Positions 1-6,964 of a DNA stretch of 64,000 nt are shown here, piece after piece (the first letter of the stretch is position 1; each line of letters begins with the position of its first letter). Location: positions 205,323-269,322 of IMG/VR virus record IMGVR_UViG_3300013426_000014; one strand, written 5' to 3'. The stretch is from a virus (Duplodnaviria > Caudoviricetes). The notes beneath the pieces were generated by a model that worked only from the letters and a program-made list of their open reading frames with translations, had not been told where the DNA came from and searched no databases. Made by a program: the position numbers and the translations under genes.

Positions 1-1
1 G

Positions 2-349
2 GACAAACTTGCTCTTTACACGTTCGCGCCGTGGCTTGGCACGCAAAGGATAAGCGATATCCATTGCCGCCGCACCGGCCATCATCCGAAATACAAAGAT
101 AATACCGGTAAGATCGTATATAAAGAAAATATCACTGATGACAATATCGCGGAGATGTTGATTGACTGGGAATCCGCGCGGTTTACTAAGCCGGATAAGC
201 CGTTGGACATGTACGGCACGCTGATACGGTATTATCCGGAGCTCACTGCCCGGGCGTGTAAAGTCATAAGGGAACGGTTCCGTCCCGAAACACGGGTGCA
301 TGATCCCGCCGATATAATACAGGCGATGAGAATCGGGATGTTCTGGTGA
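2..349 (+). CDS. 5'-truncated HD-like (DUF5662-type) protein
   Basis: Frame open from base 2; H..R..HHP and EMLIDWESA motifs; ends TGA-TAA. Confidence 0.55.
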   Translation, partial: DKLALYTFAPWLGTQRISDIHCRRTGHHPKYKDNTGKIVYKENITDDNIAEMLIDWESARFTKPDKPLDMYGTLIRYYPELTARACKVIRERFRPETRVHDPADIIQAMRIGMFW

Positions 350-391
350 TAATTTTTTATTTTGAAAATTTTTTATTTACGAAATATTCAC

Positions 392-399
392 TATCTTTG
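392..399 (+). promoter_or_regulatory. Bacteroidetes-type -7 promoter element (TAnnTTTG), representative copy
   Basis: TATCTTTG here; TATATT(T/C)G-like copies at 6937, 12231, 13840, 18749, 22394 (+) and 27883, 33350, 34126, 44209, 49977, 58287, 59524 (-), nearly all just upstream of gene starts. Confidence 0.7.
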
Positions 400-547
400 C
401 GATACAAAAAAAATGAAAGTTGTTTTGTTTTATTTGCCATGATTGTATAAACCCGTGTCCCGGCCGGGACGGTACCAGACGCGGGTTCATTAAAAGATTA
501 TGAAAAATTTCGGTCCGTCTGATATATAATATATGAATGACGGAAAC

Positions 548-618
548 GCGGTGTTAGTATAACGGTATTATACCGGCTTCCCAAGCCGGGGACGGGGGTT
601 CGACTCCCCTACGCCGCT
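548..618 (+). tRNA. tRNA-Gly(CCC)
   Basis: Cloverleaf; CCGGC-TTCCCAA-GCCGG; GGTTCGA T loop. Confidence 0.93.
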
Positions 619-647
619 CAAAGAATGCTCATTGAAATACAGTTAAT

Positions 648-721
648 TGAGGCGTGATGTAATGGTAGCATTACTGATTTTGGTTCAGTCCGTTCGGGTT
701 CGAATCCAGACGTCTCAACCA
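648..721 (+). tRNA. tRNA-Gln(TTG)
   Basis: ACTGA-TTTTGGT-TCAGT; encoded CCA. Confidence 0.93.
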
Positions 722-723
722 CA

Positions 724-808
724 GATAAGCGGCCATTGCCAGGCCGCGGGATCCTGAAGGGTATATGTGTGGATCGGGCCGGGCAGGAAGGCAATACCAC
801 CGGTTATC
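724..808 (+). ncRNA. Candidate rod-like structured RNA
   Basis: Nested stems GATAA/TTATC, ATTGCC/GGCAAT, GGCC/GGCC, GATCC/GGATC between tRNAs. Confidence 0.4.
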
Positions 809-914
809 GGATCGCTATACAGCTCTGCTTTCGGCGGCGGATGTCCGGATGATAAAAAGCGCCATTCGCGGAATAGCGGTTGCAAAGAAGAGATGACCCC
901 TGCAGGATCAATTT

Positions 915-1003
915 GGAAAGGTGTGATAATTGGTAGTCGGCCGCTCTCGAAAAGCGGTGGTCGGGTAACCGGCTTGCGGGTTCGAGCCCCGCCCTTTCCG
1001 CCA
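915..1003 (+). tRNA. tRNA-Ser(CGA)
   Basis: CCGCT-CTCGAAA-AGCGG; long variable arm; G73 and CCA. Confidence 0.95.
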
Positions 1004-1112
1004 GAATGATGTCCGGCCTTCCTCCGGGAAAACACGGAAATGAGTTACGGTCAAGACTCACGTTAATCAAAATTGTATCGGGACGGTCGCGTCCTGTAGT
1101 TGGATGTCATTT
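1004..1112 (+). ncRNA. Candidate multi-branch RNA directly after tRNA-Ser
   Basis: 13-bp closing stem AATGATGTCCGGC/GTTGGATGTCATT with GU pairs, enclosing three hairpins. Confidence 0.5.
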
Positions 1113-1139
1113 GTTTTCATAACTGTGTTTTTGTTGGTT

Positions 1140-1211
1140 GCGGGTATAGCACAACGGTTAGTGTGTCAGCTTGCCATGCTGGAAATGCCGGTTCGATTCC
1201 GGCTACCCGCT
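1140..1211 (+). tRNA. tRNA-Gly(GCC)
   Basis: TCAGC-TTGCCAT-GCTGG. Confidence 0.93.
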
Positions 1212-1286
1212 CAAAATTTTGAAAAAAGTTTGAAAAAAGTTTGGCAGTTACATATATAATTTATGTTGATTGTCAATAAGATAAAT

Positions 1287-1358
1287 AGCGGGGTAGAGCA
1301 GAGGCAGCTCATCAGGCTCATAACCTGAAGGTCAGGGGTTCGAATCCCTTTCCCGCTA
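1287..1358 (+). tRNA. tRNA-Met(CAT), initiator-like body
   Basis: TCAGG-CTCATAA-CCTGA. Confidence 0.92.
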
Positions 1359-1366
1359 CGAGACAT

Positions 1367-1439
1367 GCGGATATGGTGTAATGGATAACATTCTTGATTC
1401 CGGTTCAAGCGATTTCAGGTTCGAGTCCTGATATCCGTA
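1367..1439 (+). tRNA. tRNA-Arg(CCG)
   Basis: CTTGA-TTCCGGT-TCAAG; A20 in D loop. Confidence 0.88.
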
Positions 1440-1452
1440 CAAGCAGAAATTT

Positions 1453-1527
1453 TGTGGGATAGAGCAGAGGTAGCTCATCAGGCTCATAACCTGAAGGTCG
1501 GGGGTTCGAATCCCCCTCCCGCTACCA
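1453..1527 (+). tRNA. tRNA-fMet(CAT)
   Basis: Near copy of 1287-1358; 1:72 mismatch; CCA. Confidence 0.92.
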
Positions 1528-1537
1528 AAACCGTGAT

Positions 1538-1902
1538 GCCTTCGTAGTTTAACGGTAGAACAATGGTCTTTGAGAATGTTGAATACAGTTTGTATATGAT
1601 GTGTATGAATGCTAGCATTCATCCAGATCTTTATATAGAGTGTATTTGACACAATTGGAGCTTGCAAATCGAAAGGTTTGCAATGGACATGATGATAACG
1701 TTGAACCCGTAACAGGTCACGCTGACGGTAACGACGTCGGAACGGTAGATTTGCCGGCCGCGAGAGAGTAGATAATCATGCACCTGTAGCGATTGATTTC
1801 GTATGGTGAATACGTACTCCAGACCACAACGATTTTTGTCGGCATGGTAACATGCGTGGTAAGCAAAACCATTAAGTGTGGGTTCGAATCCTACCGAAGG
1901 TG
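1538..1902 (+). tRNA. Opal-suppressor tRNA (anticodon TCA, probably Trp) interrupted by a group I intron
   Basis: Exon 1 1538-1570 (GCCTTCG...ATGGTCTT) plus exon 2 1864-1902 (CAAAACCAT...GTTCGAAT...CGAAGGTG) join to ATGGT-CTTCAAA-ACCAT; G73 discriminator. Confidence 0.9.
1571..1863 (+). mobile_element. Group I self-splicing intron, 293 nt, no homing ORF
   Basis: Exon ends in U and intron ends in G; IGS TTGGAG 1655-1660; P3 CATGAT/ATCATG; P4 ACGTTG/CGACGT; P7 GAGAGTA/TACTCC; P9 GCATG-GTAA-CATGC. Confidence 0.9.
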
Positions 1903-1936
1903 CGAATATTAACAGACAGAATTAGATTTATTGATT

Positions 1937-2731
1937 ATGACAGAAACAAAGATGAATACGCTGCTGGCCAGGACAGATCATGCTGCGGCGAGTGTGAACA
2001 AGATGTTTGCCGATTACGGCGCTTTCTTCAAGACGAAGCAGGGCGCATTCAGAGGCGAGAAGAAGACTTTCGAGCCAAGGGCCGGATATTTTGAGGATCC
2101 GTCTAAAATTGGCAATACTAAGGTTGTCACCACGGTCGGAGAGAAACTCGATTGGTTCAATGATCGTCTTAAGAAATATCTTAAGGACGTGTTCACAGTT
2201 GAGGAGACGAATTCCGCTGGCGCGAACAGAGTGGAGCTTGTCGTCAACGGCAGGTCATTCGGAAAGTTTACCGCGCTTGAGCTTATGCGTCTCAAGTCAT
2301 TGCTGACCAACTCCTCGCTTTCCACCGTATATGAAAACATTCCTGTCCGATCAGATGCGGAGGTGTGGAGTCCTGTGACTGATCCTGAGTACGCCGGACG
2401 TGAGGTGTTCCAGACGGAGCTCGTCAAGGGCGTTACCCGTACAACAGAGAATGAGGAGGTGATCCTTAAGGATCCGAATCTCGATCCTGCTCATCTTCCT
2501 TCAAACTATTCGGCGAAAGTGACGGTTAAACGCAAGACCGTCGAGACTGGTGATTACACGCAACAGAAGTTTACCGGCGAGTGGACACAGCGTCAGCGCG
2601 CCGAACTGCTCAAGCGTAAGTCAGATCTTCTCGCCGCCGTTATTGCCGCGCTTAAGGAGGTCAATGACACCGATGTGCAGCTACCGGAGTTCGACGTTGA
2701 TTCCATTGTTGACTATATTACCGAAGGGTAA
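1937..2731 (+). CDS. Hypothetical protein embedded in the tRNA cluster
   Basis: 264-codon ORF with coding-like composition. Confidence 0.8.
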   Translation: MTETKMNTLLARTDHAAASVNKMFADYGAFFKTKQGAFRGEKKTFEPRAGYFEDPSKIGNTKVVTTVGEKLDWFNDRLKKYLKDVFTVEETNSAGANRVELVVNGRSFGKFTALELMRLKSLLTNSSLSTVYENIPVRSDAEVWSPVTDPEYAGREVFQTELVKGVTRTTENEEVILKDPNLDPAHLPSNYSAKVTVKRKTVETGDYTQQKFTGEWTQRQRAELLKRKSDLLAAVIAALKEVNDTDVQLPEFDVDSIVDYITEG

Positions 2732-2940
2732 TTGACAATAAGAGACAGACGCCTTCTCTGATTGGCGTTCAGTAGCACTGATCAAGGATCTGAGCGTGAC
2801 GCGAAACACCTGGATTGATTTTTTCTTTGACATAATAATTTTTATATATTGACAAAAGCTTCAGCTTAAGCATCAACGTTAACAAGATCCTGGACGATCA
2901 AGTTTTAGTGTTGTGTCAATAGCTTTGGCTTTACAGTCAA

Positions 2941-3128
2941 TGTCTTGATGTCAGCGTTTTGATCTATACACTTCAAGACCGCGGTTTCGCGGGTTCGATT
3001 CCCGCATCCCCCTCTACTTTTATTGAATATACGGGGGATTGCTGAAGTGGTTAACAGCGCGGTTTCAGATTTTCACATGAATGAATATCGATAAAGCTTC
3101 AGTATAAATACGTTGAACACATCAGACA
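2941..3128 (+). ncRNA. Permuted tRNA-like RNA (YrlA/Y-RNA-like)
   Basis: T arm GCGGG-TTCGATT-CCCGC and ATCCCCC precede GGGGGAT, the D arm and GCGGT; outer stem 2941-2960 pairs with 3106-3128. Confidence 0.65.
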
Positions 3129-3170
3129 AAATTTGGGGCGGTTTTTTGAGGATATTTGGATTATCGCCCT

Positions 3171-3244
3171 GGCCGGATAGCTCAGTTTGGCAGAGCGCAA
3201 GCCTTGTAAGCATGAAGTCTATAGTTCGAATCTATATCCGGCCG
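3171..3244 (+). tRNA. tRNA-Thr(TGT)
   Basis: CAAGC-CTTGTAA-GCATG with one mismatch. Confidence 0.82.
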
Positions 3245-3253
3245 CGAGAATAT

Positions 3254-3361
3254 AACGGGTTGGCGGAATGGTATACGCGCGCCGCGTGAATTATTTTGCG
3301 GTGTATTGTTTCCGGAAAATTCCAGGGTTCCGGATTGATGGTTCGAGTCCATCACCCGTTG
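3254..3361 (+). tRNA. Atypical tRNA-like gene, anticodon undetermined
   Basis: Perfect acceptor AACGGGT/ACCCGTT, D and T arms, enlarged anticodon and variable arms. Confidence 0.65.
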
Positions 3362-3368
3362 CAAGTTT

Positions 3369-3442
3369 GGTCCCTTAACTCAGTTGGTCAGAGTAACTGA
3401 CTCATAATCAGTAAGTCGGGGGTTCAAGGCCCTCAGGGACCA
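3369..3442 (+). tRNA. tRNA-Ile2/Met(CAT)
   Basis: ACTGA-CTCATAA-TCAGT. Confidence 0.9.
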
Positions 3443-3449
3443 CAAAAAT

Positions 3450-3525
3450 CGGGATGTAGCGCAGTTGGCAGCGCGCCGCGTTCGGGACGCGGAGGTCGGA
3501 GGTTCGAGTCCTCTCATCCCGACCA
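3450..3525 (+). tRNA. tRNA-Pro(CGG)
   Basis: CCGCG-TTCGGGA-CGCGG; CCA. Confidence 0.95.
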
Positions 3526-3529
3526 GTTC

Positions 3530-3602
3530 GGGCTTTTGGTGATAACGGTCAGCACAGCGGCTTCGCATGCCGCAGGTACGAGTTCGATTCTCGTAAAGTC
3601 CA
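3530..3602 (+). tRNA. tRNA-Ala(CGC)
   Basis: GCGGC-TTCGCAT-GCCGC; G3:U70. Confidence 0.93.
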
Positions 3603-3618
3603 CTTTATTTTTACGGAT

Positions 3619-4032
3619 ATGTCAAAAAACAGGAAAGATATTTCAGCGGTGGTTTCTATTGGTGATCATATCGAATATGCGAATTCATCCGATGCGGTTG
3701 ACGCGGTTCTGATGATATTGGAGAAGAATGGAGAGAAGATGACGTAGAAAGAGCTTTCCGACATCATTTTTGCCGCGGTGGAAAATATGCAGAAATCTCC
3801 GGTCGATGTTATATATTCGCTTATCCAGAATCTGGTGAATGACAAGGATCTTGTTATGGTGCAGTCTGCAATTACGTCACATGATGTTGTCAATGATTCT
3901 GATATGGCATATAAGATTTGGTCTGCTGTCACTAAGATGTTCCAGTCTTGTTTCGCGCCGACCGATCTTCTGAACAAGATGCTTAACCTGGTAAAGGCCA
4001 TGTATAAAGAACTGTACAGGTCAAGTTGGTAA
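3619..4032 (+). CDS. Hypothetical protein with one in-frame TAG (3745-3747)
   Basis: ATG 3619 is in frame with ORF 3778-4032; EKMT*KELSDII. Confidence 0.5.
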
Positions 4033-4141
4033 TATCTGTAATTTTGGATTTTACGAACTTTTTATAATGAATTTTTCATAATTGTTTTTTGGTTTCTCCG
4101 CGGCAGTGACGTCCCGGAGTTTTTTTATTATAAATAATTAT

Positions 4142-4264
4142 ATGAAACGTTTTTATAAAGTACAAGAAGAGTTTGACATGTCGGAGATATCCGACACGGA
4201 CTGCACTGATACGGATATGTCCGTTTTTTGAAAGTATATTGAATTATTGGATTTTATAACTTAA
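4142..4264 (+). CDS. Minimal FD-motif family peptide
   Basis: MKRFYKVQEEFDMSEISDTDCTDT; TATAAATA just upstream; TGA at 4229. Confidence 0.45.
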
Positions 4265-4269
4265 ATACA

Positions 4270-4737
4270 ATGAACCATATTAACGAAGATTTTGATTTGT
4301 CTAATATGTCAGATATAGACTATATTGATATATTTGCTGACATTGATCAGGATGCAGAAATTGTTAATAATTTCACCAATGCATTAAGGCGAGATTTGTA
4401 TCTTACCAATACAGCAATTCCAGATAATTTTGATGTCGGCGGGGTTGATTTAATCAAAATAGATGACGATTGCATCGTTGGGAAGATTTTGACATGGGAC
4501 GCGGAAAAAGTAATGCATCATTTTGGATTATACAGATTGTTTTGTTCGATTATATTATATCCTGGCAAAGACGGGCAGATAGAGTTCAATAGGCGGATAG
4601 GTCTTCCATGACGGATTGTGTCAAAAACCGAAGCATGTAATGTCAGAATCGTTACAAGTAATTTTATGATGACAGACGGCGCGCCATTTTCCGTTGACGG
4701 CGAGGTGACAACCGTGGTCAGGTCGTGATGAAATTAA
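4270..4737 (+). CDS. FD-motif family protein (TGA=Trp)
   Basis: LP*RIVSK aligns to VPWRIKSR of paralog 51181-51651 and similarity continues to TAA. Confidence 0.85.
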
Positions 4738-4797
4738 ATGATAATATATAGGTGTTGCATTGTATTATTAAAAGATAAGCAAATATATAGAAAGTCA

Positions 4798-5862
4798 ATG
4801 AGTAACCAGATTAAAATACAAAAAAATCAATACCTGAACGATTTTTTAGTAACAGAAGATTTTGATTTCAGCGACATGTCAGATGTCGACTACACTGACA
4901 CTTTCAGTGATATGGATCAAGCAGCGGAGGAAATGTTTGATTTCACGGCATGCCTCCGGAAATCCATTCTTATACGCGCACAGACACAAGAGAAGAAAGG
5001 ATTTATCCGTGGTTCAGATCCGGCATTTGACTCGCTTTTCGCCACTGCTGTATCTGGTTCTGCTGCAGACGGATGAAATGTAGATATCAAATCCACATCA
5101 GAAGCAATTCTTCTTAATATATTTGGTGGAACATCTGTGGATAATAATGGTTTCCATACTATTTGTATTGTGCTAGATTTAGCGTCCGCCACTGCATCGT
5201 GAGTGAAAACTGCGCGATGACGTCTATTATCCTCACCAGAATCCAATACACGATATATTTTGTATATCCGCCCTGCCGGACCGGGGACTGGAAAAAGAAA
5301 CGGATCGATGATTGGATCACCGGAATATGTGTTCGGCGATGTCATTGCTGGTGATCCCGTTATTGAGCCGATGGTCGGGCTTAAACCGATAACATTGCGT
5401 ACTTTAATCGGCTCGCCTGTGGAAGTGACCGGAGATTTTATCTGTACTATGGATCCCGCTGGTCCGTTTGTCCCGGGTTTTTTGAACGGAGCGCCGGAAC
5501 GGATCGGTCAAAACTTCGCGGTCCATGTGACTGGAGAAGAACGCATGTCACGTTCCATGACATCATTTTTGTGGGACGGAAAAGGAAATATTATTCCGGC
5601 TTTCACTGATGGTATCAGACGGGTGGTGAAAGGTTTTTTTGTATACCCACCGCATCCTGGCGCCCGTTCTGTGGAACGGCGGAAATCTGAATGTGACCTT
5701 ATTGTGATTGGAACCTCATCATCGCAGCGGAGACTGCCTCCGAGTCTTGTCGGCAAAACGCTTCCGGATATGGAAGTTTCGACCGGTAATGTGGTTGTAT
5801 ACGGTGATCCGGTGGTATGTGTCAAATGATTGGCAAAGGTCAACGGCGTGTACGTTGAATAA
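4798..5862 (+). CDS. FD-motif family LRR-like protein (4 TGA=Trp)
   Basis: TGA at 5074, 5200, 5218 and 5827 all align to W in paralog 51677-52801. Confidence 0.9.
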
Positions 5863-5901
5863 AATTAGACAGAAAGAATAACGGTAGTTAAAAAATATTG
5901 T

Positions 5902-6867
5902 TTGACTGAAGAATTTGATCTGACTGGAATGTCCGAAGTCGACTACACCAACACGTTTTCTGATATTGACGAGAAAGAACAAAAGAAATACACAGAGGAG
6001 TCCATATTGCGCTCGCATATATTGACATGATACGGCGAGTCGACCATACCGGATTTCATCTGGAATGATGAATGCACACATGTCGATTTGAAATTTCCTT
6101 CGCATTGCGATTTCTCGCATGACAATATGAATTTGTATCTTTTTGCTGACGGTGTCGCACTCGCCGAAATTGTCCGAAATAATATCAGTTATACGATTGA
6201 TCCATTGTACCAGATAATCGTCAAATTGACCGCGGCCGGACATGGAGACGGCGGAAATATGATTTATACAGGGAACATGGACATCGATTTGACTGGATGT
6301 CCTGATAAATGTGGAAGGCTTACCATTCAGTTAGATGAGCCGTTTAATACATTTTCTTTCACCGGCTCCCCGCGGGAGGTCGACGGAGATTTTATCGTCC
6401 GTGATATGTGGGCGGACGTCAATGACATGACTGGCGGTCCAGACAGGATCACCGGGTCGTTTTATTGGTATGCAAAGGCGAATATTCCAGGCAGGCTGAA
6501 GTCATTGTTGGGATGCCCGTTCGAAATTATGGGCAATATGTCGGTTGTGAATTCACCGTGCGCTCGATTTCCGTTGAATGCAGGGCATAAAGTAAAAATC
6601 GGTGGATTACTAAATGCCGGCTATCTTTCTCAAGATACGATTCCGGATATGATCAAAAAACGGGGATACACTGTATTGTCAGACGGTGCGGTTTTGGAAA
6701 TGACCACAGGAGGAAAATCTGCTTGATCACACGTAATTAAAGGTGACGACCGTGAACGAGCCGCGCCGGATTTCAAAGTTGATGGAGATATATATTCCGC
6801 CGTATACATCGCATGGAACGATGAGATCGGAGATAAGACTTATATATGGCAGCTGCCGAATTCATAA
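5902..6867 (+). CDS. FD-motif family LRR-like protein (2 TGA=Trp), start uncertain
   Basis: LTEEFDLTGMSEVDYTNTF; TGA at 6028 and 6724; GxP..VxGxF repeats. Confidence 0.8.
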
Positions 6868-6964
6868 GTAAAGACCGTTAAAATAACATAATATAAAAAA
6901 GTTCCGGAAATATTTTCATGTTTCCGGAACTTTCGCTATATTCGTGCTACAAAAATAACAGGTT

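Noticed and set aside
724-808. SRP RNA
   Set aside because: Lacks the GNRA-capped helix 8 with CAGG/AGCA internal loop
1538-1902. Intron-containing tRNA-Cys(GCA)
   Set aside because: Would need the intron to end in A and breaks the P1/P10 pairing; G73 does not fit Cys; an intact tRNA-Cys exists at 11553
2971-3070. Second, permuted UCA suppressor or two-piece tmRNA
   Set aside because: Joining the halves at the shared TTCA gives a 6- or 8-nt loop; no G3:U70 pair or tag frame
618-3568. Short ORFs overlapping the tRNA cluster
   Set aside because: Translations of tRNA sequences or their complements
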